Part shown: positions 28,001-36,203 of the stretch, piece after piece
Position numbering within the stretch: position 1 is the first letter of the stretch
Layout: every line of letters begins with the position of its first letter
NCBI GenBank assembly: GCA_963786975.1
Contig: CAWBBE010000005.1
Coordinates: 17,826 to 81,825, forward strand
Source of the DNA: an uncultured Actinomycetes bacterium
GTDB taxonomy: Bacteria; Actinomycetota; Actinomycetes; Streptosporangiales; Streptosporangiaceae
Reading direction: 5' to 3'
Length of the DNA: 64,000 bases
The notes under the pieces: generated by a model
What the model saw: the letters and a program-made list of their open reading frames with translations, nothing else
Told to the model about the DNA's origin: nothing
Databases searched by the model: none
Program-made: the position numbers and the translations under genes

Positions 28001-28439
28001 GGTGCTCCGCCAGCTCGGATACCGGGCATCGCTGCGAGTGATCAGCCCGGGAACTTATTACCAGCGGGCAGGCAACTCCCGGGACCACAGCCAGATCGGT
28101 GAGTTCGACTGGTATCAGGACTTCCCCGCGCCGTCCGACTTCATAGAACCGCTCTTCGCCTGCCGCTCCTTCCTCCCGGGCAATCCGGCCAACCTCAACG
28201 ACAGCGAGTTCTGCAATCGGCGGATCGACGCCCAGATGTCGCATGCTCATGCGCTGGAAGCCGGTGATCTTAACGTCGCCGGGGACCTCTGGGCGCGGAT
28301 TGACCGCGAGCTAGTCGACCAGGCGCCCTGGGTTCCGCTGTACAACCCGCGCGCCCTGGTCGCCCTCTCCGCACGCGTCGGCAACTACCAGTTCGATCCC
28401 TACCAGACGCTGCTCATCGACCAGCTCTGGGTTCGCTAG
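25059..28439 (+). CDS. SARP (wHTH+BTAD) - transmembrane - beta-propeller - family-5 solute-binding-domain fusion protein
   Basis: ORF 24792..28439 trimmed to GTG 25059 after a G7 tract. YRLLGPLEV, LWGERPP and LMVALYRCGRQPEALAAY indicate SARP/BTAD. One TM (LPAVAGTTLAVTLALLITG). About 8 repeats of the type GxxPxx[IVL]xxGxG[SA][IV]WV. C-terminal SBP_bac_5-like part (GGTLTVV, KTYTFQLRKGIKYSNGD). Confidence 0.85.
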   Translation: MIDYRLLGPLEVGANGRAVEIGGPRQRMLLAMLLLRPNQAVPRDVLVDQLWGERPPAGAQHTLEVYISRLRKTLEEATGCRLVVTRPGAYLLRVEGDQVDVNLFERLAGDGRQALAANAPAEAAADFRRALALWHGAALADLSYQPFAQAEIARLEDLRADVIEDRIEADLALGRHAGVVGELKSLVAACPLRERRQEQLMVALYRCGRQPEALAAYQSARHAMVEELGIEPSPALQRVERAILAQDAWLDPPPRAVPPGARAQADGGERSLAGAARRRRLPAVAGTTLAVTLALLITGSSRGAGGSAPVTAGPNTVGVIDSSRNALSAVVTGTGRPGGVSYAAHAIWITDSADDLLLRVDSAQQVIDRIPVGRGAAGVTAGDGEIWVANELDGTVSEVNPGAGTVVATIRVGNGPDAIGFGDGSVWVGNATDSTLSRIDPLGGRVVATIPLGSAPADLAAGPKGIWVTSADTGRLLHIDPSRNRVSRAFQIGGSPGGVAVGAGSVWVADSGHAVLRIDPATGRAQVIRAGDAPAGIVYADGAAWVTDSPGGSIARIDARTGAIRLVHVGNEPADLAVAGHNILATVLPSLASHRGGTLTVVARLSPPGLSADTAVAWSTYLWQILSMTNDGLVGYRRVGDRAGGTPVPDLATALPVPSDGGKTYTFQLRKGIKYSNGDLVKPEDFRRAIERVFVSNHGTGPASFFYSGIAGASRCERVPRHCSLAPGIVTNDQANTVIFRLTAPDPEFLDKLALPFADAVPAGTPEHEISPAQLPATGPYMTQSFAPPKSWILVRNPLFRQWSGQAQPGGYPGRIVVRLSVTPEAAVSAVEHGHADVLLTPPPASRIHELATRYASLLHTGPVAATFALFLNTRVWPFSVLAARRAVNYAIDRNRMIDLAGGPLTAQPACQILPPATSGYQPYCPYTTNASPGGGWTSPDLARAEQLVRASGTRGAKVTLVAGGFGAGTPAVPGGRYLVSVLRQLGYRASLRVISPGTYYQRAGNSRDHSQIGEFDWYQDFPAPSDFIEPLFACRSFLPGNPANLNDSEFCNRRIDAQMSHAHALEAGDLNVAGDLWARIDRELVDQAPWVPLYNPRALVALSARVGNYQFDPYQTLLIDQLWVR

Positions 28440-28730
28440 CCACGGGATTCCACGGTCCTGCCGAACTGAGCCGCTCGGCCGGCCTCCGGGCTGGCGTGCA
28501 GCCACATCCGGAGTGGCCCGGGGGAGGGTGTGAGGTTCCGGTAGGGCGATGTGAGCTTTTTGTAAGGTCGCGGCGCGAGGATCGGGTGGCAGCATCAAGC
28601 CGGCCGGGATGAAGCTCACGGATCCAGAGCCAAGCTTTCCGGGATTTACCGGCGCGCAGCGTCGTCGTGGCGTGGCCCGGCTCCAGCCTCTCGGGCAGCC
28701 ATGGCCAGGCACCAAGGCTAGGAGCAAGGC

Positions 28731-29783
28731 ATGAAGCTCTGCACACGGCTTCCCCGGGCGATCACGTGCTCCCGGGTCGCCGCGCCGTTTCTGGCGGCCG
28801 GCTGCGTGGCCATGGTCCTGTCCGCCGGGGCTGACGCGGCCGCGTCCAGCCCGGCCCGGCTGGACGCCGCGCGCGCGCCATCGCCGGCCTCCGCGGCGGC
28901 TGCTCAGGCCGACGGCCGGATCGCGTTCTCCCAGTGGGACCTGATTCCCGGCGGGAACCTGTCGGGTCACTCGAACGTGTACACGATCAACCCGGGCGGC
29001 AGCGGGCGGCGCCAGCTCACCCACGTGGGCGCCGCCCATGCGGCGGGCGCGCCGGACTGGTCCCGGGACGGCGCAAAGATCGTCTACGAGAGCAATCAGG
29101 GCGGTGATTACCGGATCTGGGTCATGAACGCGGACGGCTCCGGCAAGACGCGCCTCACTGCCGATCCCGGTTTCGCGGACCTGGCGCCCGCCTGGTCTCC
29201 GGACGGCACACGCATCCTGTTCAGCCGGTGCGACGATCACCTCGGCTTTATCACAGGCTGCGATGTTGAGGTGATGAACGCTGCGGGCACCGGGATGCGG
29301 CGGCTGGCCGGCGGTCGCTGGACCTACGTCCGCGCGGAGTACTCCCCGGACGGGCGGCGCATCGTCGTCGGGGCGGACCGGGGCGGTCTGCTGAGCGCCC
29401 TGTGGGTGATGCGCTCCGACGGGACGGGCCTGCACCGGATCACCAGGCCGTCGCTGCAGGCGTTCTGGCCTGGCTGGTCCCCGGACGGCCGCCGCATCGT
29501 GTTCACCGACAACTGCTGCCAGTTCGGGAGCAACATCTGGACGGTGCGCCCGAGCGGGAAAGGGCTGCGCAAGCTCACTCACTTCAGCCCGGCACCGCTG
29601 CAAGGCGGTTTCGCCAGTTACTCACCGGACGGCCGGCGGATCGTCCTGCAGTACAACGGGAAATGCCCGGCGCGGGGGTTGTGCCGGTACTTCTACGTCA
29701 TGCACGCCGACGGCTCTGGCCTGCGTGCGGTGCGCACGGGCGTGGCCAACACGTTCCTCACCGACTGGGGGCCGGCCGCCTGA
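28731..29783 (+). CDS. Secreted PD40/TolB-like beta-propeller protein
   Basis: ORF 28731..29783 with AGGAG SD. Signal-peptide-like N-terminus. Repeats DGRIAF, PDWSRDGAKIVY, IWVMNADGSG and PAWSPDGTRILF. Confidence 0.8.
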   Translation: MKLCTRLPRAITCSRVAAPFLAAGCVAMVLSAGADAAASSPARLDAARAPSPASAAAAQADGRIAFSQWDLIPGGNLSGHSNVYTINPGGSGRRQLTHVGAAHAAGAPDWSRDGAKIVYESNQGGDYRIWVMNADGSGKTRLTADPGFADLAPAWSPDGTRILFSRCDDHLGFITGCDVEVMNAAGTGMRRLAGGRWTYVRAEYSPDGRRIVVGADRGGLLSALWVMRSDGTGLHRITRPSLQAFWPGWSPDGRRIVFTDNCCQFGSNIWTVRPSGKGLRKLTHFSPAPLQGGFASYSPDGRRIVLQYNGKCPARGLCRYFYVMHADGSGLRAVRTGVANTFLTDWGPAA

Positions 29784-29831
29784 CAGTGCCCTGGACCGAT
29801 GGCCGGGTCGTCGTTATCAAGGAGAACCGAC

Positions 29832-30974
29832 ATGAGACGAGCAGTAGCTGCGCTCCGGACGCTGGCGGCGGCCGCCTCGGTCGCGGCGGCGTGCCTGGCG
29901 ATCCCGGCCGCGCCCGCCATGGCCGCTGGCCGGCCGGCCACCGGCAGGATTGCCTTCTCCGACTTCGTGACCAACCAGATCTACGCGGTGAACCCGGCCG
30001 GCACCGGGCTCGCCCAGCTCACCCATGAGCCGAGCGGGATCGCGGCGCAGTGGCCCGACTGGTCGCCGGGCGGGTCCCGCATCCTGTTCGTCCGGTTCAA
30101 CCTGGCGAATGGCGGGGGCCGGATCTGGATCATGAACGCCGACGGAACCGGCCAGCGCCGGCTTGTTTCCGATGCGCCGGGATATCGCGACTACCAGCCC
30201 CGGTACGCCCCTGATGGCAGGCATATCGTGTTCACCCGCTGCTCGCCGGGCGACGGCCTGTGCGCGATCTGGATCATGCGTTCCGACGGCACCCGGCGGC
30301 GCCTCGTGGTCCCCTTCATCGAGGCCCCCAACGAGACTAACAATTTCTACCCGGCGATCTCGCCGGATGGCCGCCGCATTGCCTTCACCCGATTCGGGTT
30401 CGATGGCATCATCGCGCAAGTCTGGGTGGCCAGCATCAGCGGAAGGCATGCGCGCCCGCTGACCGCTCCGCGGCTGGAGGCATTGTCGCCGAACTGGTCA
30501 CCGGACGGCAGCCACATCACGTTCACCAGCAATTCCGACCGGCCGCAGGCCAGCATCTATGTCATGCGGGCCGACGGCACCGGAGTCACCAGGCTCGCCA
30601 CGTCGAAATGGCCGACCAACAACTTCGGCTCCGCGTACGCGCCTGGCGGGGGCCGGATCGCGTTCTCGAGCGACCGACGGCACCCGGACCTGTGCTGCGA
30701 GGACCTCTTCGTCATGCGCGCAACCGGCGCGCGGCAGCACGTGGTGGACACCGGCATTCAAGGCGTCCTCGACGTTGCCTGGGGCTCCGCGCCACTGGAC
30801 CCGGCGGGATCGCCGGGCAGGCTCTCGCGGCCGGCGGCTGGCGCGCCGGTGCCCGGCGCCGTTCGCGGCGGGCGCTGCCGCGAAACACCGTCCTGGCTAG
30901 CCAGCACGTGGTGCGGAGCATCAGGCGCCGCAGGTCCGAGTCGTAATCGGGGCGCTTTTATAGCTGGTAGATGA
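29832..30974 (+). CDS. Secreted PD40/TolB-like beta-propeller protein (paralogue)
   Basis: ORF 29799..30974 trimmed to ATG 29832 (AAGGAGAA SD). Signal peptide ending AMAAG. Repeats TGRIAFSDF, PDWSPGGSRILF and IWIMNADGTG. Confidence 0.8.
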   Translation: MRRAVAALRTLAAAASVAAACLAIPAAPAMAAGRPATGRIAFSDFVTNQIYAVNPAGTGLAQLTHEPSGIAAQWPDWSPGGSRILFVRFNLANGGGRIWIMNADGTGQRRLVSDAPGYRDYQPRYAPDGRHIVFTRCSPGDGLCAIWIMRSDGTRRRLVVPFIEAPNETNNFYPAISPDGRRIAFTRFGFDGIIAQVWVASISGRHARPLTAPRLEALSPNWSPDGSHITFTSNSDRPQASIYVMRADGTGVTRLATSKWPTNNFGSAYAPGGGRIAFSSDRRHPDLCCEDLFVMRATGARQHVVDTGIQGVLDVAWGSAPLDPAGSPGRLSRPAAGAPVPGAVRGGRCRETPSWLASTWCGASGAAGPSRNRGAFIAGR

Positions 30975-31016
30975 GGTGAGTGCGGGCGGCGGGCTGGGTG
31001 TGGCTATCGTGCTGGT

Positions 31017-31769
31017 ATGCGCGTTATCGAAGTCCCTTATCACCTGGACGAATTCCTGGCTGGTATGGACTTCCCGCTGGATCCCGCGGAGGCAGTCAGG
31101 CTGGACCTGCCGTCCGGGGATATCTGGGAACGGCTCACCGCCCTGTACGCCGCGGTGGCCAGCACCGTGGCCGGCGCGGCCTCGCGGGGTGAATGCGCCG
31201 TCGTGATGTCGGGGGACTGCACTACGACGCTGGGCACGGTGGCCGGTTTGCAGCGCGCTGGCATCGATGCGGGGATCGTCTGGCTGGATGCTCACGGTGA
31301 CCTGCAGACCCTGGAGACGACGGCGTCGGGGTACCTGGGCGGGCTGCCGTTGCGGCTGCTGGCGGGCTACCGGCCCGAGCTGATCGGCGCTCGGCTGGGG
31401 CTGCGGCCCGTGCCTGAGCAGCGGATCGTGCTGGCTGGTGCCAGGGACCTGGACCCGCCCGAGGTCAGCTACCTGGCGGGCGCCCAGATCCGCTGCCGCG
31501 AGGTCGCCAGCCTGCATGCCAGGGACCTGCCGGAGGGCCCGCTGTACGTGCACCTCGACCTGGATGTCATCGACCCCGCCGAGGTGGCCGGGCTTCGCTA
31601 TCCCGCGCCGGGCGGTCCTGGCTCAGCCCAGGTGGCCGCGGCGATGGGCAGGCTCATCGGCACGGGCCGGGTCGCGGCCGTGGGCCTTGCCTGCACCTGG
31701 TACGGCGGCCACGCCAGCGCGGCGCGCCTGCGCCCGCACCTGGAAGCGGCATTCAGCACGGCGTGCTGA
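31017..31769 (+). CDS. Arginase/ureohydrolase-fold protein, short, with an atypical first metal motif
   Basis: ORF 31017..31769. WLDAHGDLQ (DAHxD motif) and HLDLDVIDP (DxDxxDP motif) are present. The position of the canonical GGDHS reads SGDCT. Confidence 0.75.
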   Translation: MRVIEVPYHLDEFLAGMDFPLDPAEAVRLDLPSGDIWERLTALYAAVASTVAGAASRGECAVVMSGDCTTTLGTVAGLQRAGIDAGIVWLDAHGDLQTLETTASGYLGGLPLRLLAGYRPELIGARLGLRPVPEQRIVLAGARDLDPPEVSYLAGAQIRCREVASLHARDLPEGPLYVHLDLDVIDPAEVAGLRYPAPGGPGSAQVAAAMGRLIGTGRVAAVGLACTWYGGHASAARLRPHLEAAFSTAC

Positions 31770-34279
31770 GTTTCGCCGGGCTGCTGCGGCAGTTCCGGAC
31801 CGAGGCCCGGCTGACGCAGGAAGAGCTGGCAGCGGCAGCAGGCCTGAGTCCTCGGTCGGTAAGCGACCTGGAGCGGGGGATCAACCGCACGGCCCGCAAG
31901 GACACCGCCGTGCTGCTGGCTGATGCGCTGAGCCTGGCGGGCGAGGTGCGGGTGCTGTTCGTCGCGGCGGCGCGCGGGCGGGCACCGGCGGCGGAGGTGC
32001 TCGGGGCCAGGCGCGGCGCAGCGGCGGAAGGGTCAGCGGCGGCCGCGACGCGGGGTCTGCCGCGTGACATCGGCAGCTTCACCGGCCGCGAGCCTGAGCT
32101 GGCGCGGCTGCTGGAAATGCTCGCCGGCCGGGCCGCGGACGACGGGGCGCCGGCGATCTGCGTGATTGACGGGATGGCGGGGATCGGCAAGACGACCTTC
32201 GGGGTGCACGCCGCGCACAAACTGGCCGGGAGCTTCCCGGATGGGCAGTTCTTTCTTCCCCTGCATGCCCACACCCCCGGCCAGCGGCCGGTCGGCCCGG
32301 CTGACGCGTTGGCCAGCCTGCTGCTGACGGCCGGCCTCGCCGAGCAGCACATCCCACCTGGCGTGGAGGCCCGGGCGGCCCGGTGGCGTGACTATGTCGC
32401 CGGGCAGAAGATCCTGATGCTGCTGGATGACGCGGCCGGGCATGAGCAGGTCCGGCCGCTGCTGCCGGGCACGGCCGGCAGCCTGGTACTGGTCACCAGC
32501 CGACGACGGCTGATCGCGCTGGAGGATGCTGCGGTGATCAGCCTCGGCGCGCTGACCCCGGACGAGGCGGCGGTGCTGCTGGCCCGGCTGGCTGGCCGTG
32601 CGGACCTGCGTTCCGGGCTAGGACCGGCCGGCCAGATAACCCGGCTGTGCGGGTACCTGCCGCTGGCGATCGGGATGCTCGCCCGGCAGCTGCGGCACCA
32701 CCCGGCCCGCACCGGCGCTGAGCTGGCCGCCGACCTGGCCGCGGCGCGCGACCGGCTGGCCGTCATGCGCGCGGAGAATCTGTCGGTCGCTGCCGCGTTC
32801 GACCTGTCATACGCCGATCTCACCCCGGTCCAGCAGCGGCTGTTCCGTCGGCTTGGCCAGGCCCCGGGCCCGGACATCGACGCCTACGCCGCGGCCGCCC
32901 TGGACGAGACCAGCGCGGTGGGCGCCCGCGGCCTGCTCGATGAGCTGTACGACCATCATCTGATCACCGAGCCCGCTCCCGGCCGTTACCTCCTGCACGA
33001 TCTGCTCCGCGAATACGCCCGTGCGCTGGCCACCGCCGGGGATGCCGCGGAGTCACGCGCCGCCGCCGGCCGGCTGGTGAACTATTACGCGCACGTCGCC
33101 GCGGCCGCCGCCAGGCACATCGCCACCTGGACCACGGCCGGCGGCCGCCCGCCGCCGGGCCTCCCGCCGGCCACTGCCCCCCCGATAGCCGGCTCCCAGC
33201 AGGCGGCGGCGTGGCTGGAATCCGAGCGCCCCAACTTGTACGCGGCCATTAACTACGCCGCCGTCGAGGCGATGCCCCGGCACGCCATCACGATCGCCAC
33301 TGCGATGGGCGGTTTCCTGCGCGCCCGTGGTCACTGGGATCAGGCCGCCCGTCAGTACCAGACGGCTCTCGCCGCGGCGCGCCAGGCCGGGGACCGGCCC
33401 GGCCAGGCCGGCGCGCTCGACGAGCTCGGCCTCCTGCAGCAGCTGACCGGCGACTATCCGGCCGCTACCGCCAGCCTGGCCGAGGCCATCGAGTTGTTCC
33501 GCGACCTGGGCGACCTTCCCGGCCAGGCCTACGCCCGCAACCACCTGGGCCTGGTGCAAGCGGACACCTCGGACTACCCGGCTGCCGCCGCCAACCACCA
33601 GCAGGCGCTGGCCCTGGCCCGCGCCGCGGGTGATCAGCTTGCGGAGGCCGTTTCGCTCACCGACCTGGGCATGGCACAGCTGCTGACCGGGGACTACCCG
33701 GCTGCCGCCGCCGGCTTCCAGCAGGCGCTGCCGCTGTTCCGGAGCGTCGGTTCGGAGTTCGACGAGGCCGATGCTCTTTCCGAACTCGGCTGGGTGCGGC
33801 GGCTGACCGGGGATTACGCTGCCGCCGCCGCTGACCAGCGCCAGGCCCTGAACTTGTTCCGGCACCTCGGCGACCGGCTCGGCCAGGCCCGGGCTCTCGA
33901 CGAGCTCGGCCTGGTGCAGCTGCTGACCGGGGACTACCCGGCTGCCGCCGCCAGCGTGGGCGAGGCTATCGAGCTGTTCCGCGACCTCGGCTCGCGGCAC
34001 GACCTGGCCGTGGCGCTGAACAGCCTCGGCGAGGTATCGCTCCAGACCTCGGCAATCCAGGAAGCCCGCAGCCAGCATAGCCAGGCGCTCGCCATCGCCC
34101 GCGAGGTCGGCGCGCCGCTTGAGGAAGCACGCGCGCTGGAAGGAATCGGCCGCAGCCATCTGCACCAGGACCCTGCCGAAGCCGCCGCGTACCTCCGGCA
34201 TGCCCTGGAGATCTATCAGAACATCGGGGCCCCCGACGCCCGGCGCGTGCAGGACACGCTTGACGACCGTGGCCGCTAG
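31763..34279 (+). CDS. HTH(XRE)-NB-ARC-TPR STAND NTPase
   Basis: GTG 31763 overlaps the arginase-fold stop (GTGCTGA). HTH is LTQEELAAAAGLSPRSVSDLERG. Walker A GMAGIGKTTF, Walker B ILMLLDDA. At least 8 TPR units of 40 aa. Confidence 0.9.
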   Translation: MLSFAGLLRQFRTEARLTQEELAAAAGLSPRSVSDLERGINRTARKDTAVLLADALSLAGEVRVLFVAAARGRAPAAEVLGARRGAAAEGSAAAATRGLPRDIGSFTGREPELARLLEMLAGRAADDGAPAICVIDGMAGIGKTTFGVHAAHKLAGSFPDGQFFLPLHAHTPGQRPVGPADALASLLLTAGLAEQHIPPGVEARAARWRDYVAGQKILMLLDDAAGHEQVRPLLPGTAGSLVLVTSRRRLIALEDAAVISLGALTPDEAAVLLARLAGRADLRSGLGPAGQITRLCGYLPLAIGMLARQLRHHPARTGAELAADLAAARDRLAVMRAENLSVAAAFDLSYADLTPVQQRLFRRLGQAPGPDIDAYAAAALDETSAVGARGLLDELYDHHLITEPAPGRYLLHDLLREYARALATAGDAAESRAAAGRLVNYYAHVAAAAARHIATWTTAGGRPPPGLPPATAPPIAGSQQAAAWLESERPNLYAAINYAAVEAMPRHAITIATAMGGFLRARGHWDQAARQYQTALAAARQAGDRPGQAGALDELGLLQQLTGDYPAATASLAEAIELFRDLGDLPGQAYARNHLGLVQADTSDYPAAAANHQQALALARAAGDQLAEAVSLTDLGMAQLLTGDYPAAAAGFQQALPLFRSVGSEFDEADALSELGWVRRLTGDYAAAAADQRQALNLFRHLGDRLGQARALDELGLVQLLTGDYPAAAASVGEAIELFRDLGSRHDLAVALNSLGEVSLQTSAIQEARSQHSQALAIAREVGAPLEEARALEGIGRSHLHQDPAEAAAYLRHALEIYQNIGAPDARRVQDTLDDRGR
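33443..33952 (+). repeat. 120-bp-periodic DNA repeats inside the TPR region
   Basis: CTGACCGGGGACTACCCGGCTGCCGCCGCC or close variants start at 33443, 33563, 33683, 33803 and 33923. Confidence 0.8.
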
Positions 34280-34309
34280 GAAGCATCCGGACCCGGCCGC
34301 TTGCTTCGG

Positions 34310-34528
34310 TCAGTTGGCCCGCCGCGCGGCCATCCGCCAGCGGTCGTCCTCGATGAAGGCGACGCTGTCCGGAGTTCCGGCCGAGCCGTTAAGCAGGGCC
34401 TGAGCGTTCAGCAAGATCCATAGCCGATGTCCTGGCCGGCGGCTGCGGCCACCCCGGCCACTCGCCGTCGATGCCCGGCCGCCGGCCGCGGCTATCCGGG
34501 AGGCTCTCAGGATCTGGGTGCCAGCCAT
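34310..34528 (-). CDS. Small protein, member F of a three-member family in this window
   Basis: ATG 34528 after GAGGAGGG. The C-terminus RLWILLNAQALLNGSAGTPDSVAFIEDDRWRMAA parallels 51778..52032. Confidence 0.5.
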   Translation of the reverse strand: MAGTQILRASRIAAAGGRASTASGRGGRSRRPGHRLWILLNAQALLNGSAGTPDSVAFIEDDRWRMAARRAN

Positions 34529-34774
34529 CGTATGTGCCCTCCTCGTGTCATCCGGCTGACTCCACCCTGGCCAGAGACCGCGGCAGCGACCATACGTGCC
34601 GACCCACAGGAGCACCCACAGGATTGCTCCGCGCCCCGCGCTAGGCATCGTCATCGCGCTTGCCGTGTTGGCCGCGTCCGTCGGCCTGATCCGCAGCGAG
34701 ACGCGGTGCTATCGAAGCCGCGCAGCTCAGAACCGCCGCGGTGAGTGACGCATGGCCGCTGTAGGTTAACCGCT

Positions 34775-35152
34775 ATGAACGATGCTCACCAGGTGATAAA
34801 GGCCTACTGGGCGGCAGCTGAGGCTAGGGACTGGACCACGTTTGCCGGGCTGGTCGCCGAGCAGGTCGTATATGAGGCGCCACAGACCCGGGAGCGAGTT
34901 CGCGGGCGCACCGCCTACATGCGGTTCAATGCCGACGGGTTCCCTAGCGACTGGCATCTCAAGGTGGAACGGATCATCGGGGAAGGTCGCCACGCGGCGA
35001 GCTGGATCGAGTTCTCCGATGCCGGTGACCACTACCCGGGACTGTGTTTCTTTGACCTCGATGAAAACGGCCGGATTGCCCGGATCACCGACTTCTGGCC
35101 CACGCCGACCGAACTTCCGGCCAGCCGTGCCCACCTGGTGGAGCGTTACTGA
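34775..35152 (+). CDS. SnoaL-like / NTF2-fold protein
   Basis: ORF 34745..35152 trimmed to ATG 34775. VIKAYWAAAEARDWTTFAGLVAEQVVYEAP and ITDFW are typical of SnoaL_2-like proteins. Confidence 0.8.
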   Translation: MNDAHQVIKAYWAAAEARDWTTFAGLVAEQVVYEAPQTRERVRGRTAYMRFNADGFPSDWHLKVERIIGEGRHAASWIEFSDAGDHYPGLCFFDLDENGRIARITDFWPTPTELPASRAHLVERY

Positions 35153-35228
35153 TCAATACGGACGCGGTCCGTGGGAGCCAGCATCCTTCGTAGCAGCCAG
35201 TGCCCGCGTAACGAGTGACAAGCTTAGC

Positions 35229-35261
35229 TTGACGCCTTATAGCGACAACGTTACGTTGTCG
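35229..35261 (+). promoter_or_regulatory. Candidate promoter (TTGACG-17 nt-TACGTT) overlapped by the 19-bp palindrome CGACAACGT-T-ACGTTGTCG; implies a leaderless transcript
   Basis: -35 at 35229-35234, -10 at 35252-35257, palindrome at 35243-35261. The GTG start at 35264 is 6 nt after the -10 and has no SD. Confidence 0.45.
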
Positions 35262-35263
35262 AT

Positions 35264-36103
35264 GTGGCCGCAGTAAGTGTCTCGGAGCTGGCCGAAGCGG
35301 TGCGCCAGCAAGCGCCGGGCGCGCCGCTCGACCGGGTCGAGGCGGCCCTGACGGTCAGCGAAGAGCTGGTTTCGTGCGCGGACGAGCTGATCGGCCAGTT
35401 CGTGGCGGAAGCGCGCCGGGCGGGGTGCTCCTGGACCGAGATCGGCCAGCGGATAGGGGTATCCAAGCAGGCGGCCAGGCAGCGCTTTGCGGATCCGAGG
35501 CGGCGCGCACCGAAGGCCTGGAGCTGCAGGTTGAGCGCACCTTGCGGGAGCTGCCTGGAGGCGGCCAGGCGGGAGGCCGCCGCTGACGGGGCCGCCGAGG
35601 TGGGCACCCATCACCTGCTTATCGGGCTTTTCCGTGCGGGGGTAGCCGCCGCCGTTCTGGAGGAGCTGGGAGTGCGGGCCGACGCGGTGCGCGCCGCCGC
35701 GCGAGAGCTGTTCCCGGGAGCCGGAGGCGTGCCCGGCGAGCGGGCGCCACAAGAGTCGGCCGGGGCCCGTGCGGCGCTCCAGCGTGCGGCCGCGGCGGCC
35801 CAGCAGGCCGGGCGCGGCGACGTGGGCACCGAGCACCTCCTTGCCGCGCTTGCGCTTGAGCCTGGTTCGCGTGCCCGGCGTGTGCTGAGCCACCTCGGCG
35901 TGAGCACCGCCGCCATCAGGAAAGGACTCGACGGCTACGTCGGCCCCGGGAAGCGGCGCCGCCGCAAACAAGGCACGGTTGATCTCGCCTGCTCGTTTTG
36001 CAGAAAGAGCCAGCAGCAGGTCAGAAAGCTCGTGGGCGGCCCCGGCGTGTATATCTGCGACGAGTGCATCGAACTGGGCAATGAGATCCTCGCCGAAGAA
36101 TGA
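35264..36103 (+). CDS. HTH-like + Clp N-terminal repeat domain + ClpX-type C4 zinc-finger protein
   Basis: ORF 35264..36103. [20 protein letters not shown]; two Clp_N-like repeats ([18 protein letters not shown]). C-terminal [34 protein letters not shown] matches the ClpX zinc-binding domain. Confidence 0.8.
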   Translation: MAAVSVSELAEAVRQQAPGAPLDRVEAALTVSEELVSCADELIGQFVAEARRAGCSWTEIGQRIGVSKQAARQRFADPRRRAPKAWSCRLSAPCGSCLEAARREAAADGAAEVGTHHLLIGLFRAGVAAAVLEELGVRADAVRAAARELFPGAGGVPGERAPQESAGARAALQRAAAAAQQAGRGDVGTEHLLAALALEPGSRARRVLSHLGVSTAAIRKGLDGYVGPGKRRRRKQGTVDLACSFCRKSQQQVRKLVGGPGVYICDECIELGNEILAEE

Positions 36104-36203
36104 GACGAACCAGGTGCATGGCGCAGACTGCGCGGACGGGTTATGGCGCGGCGCCTTTCCCGTCCGCGCACCGTTAGGTGGCCCTGATCTACCGGCGCGC
36201 GGA

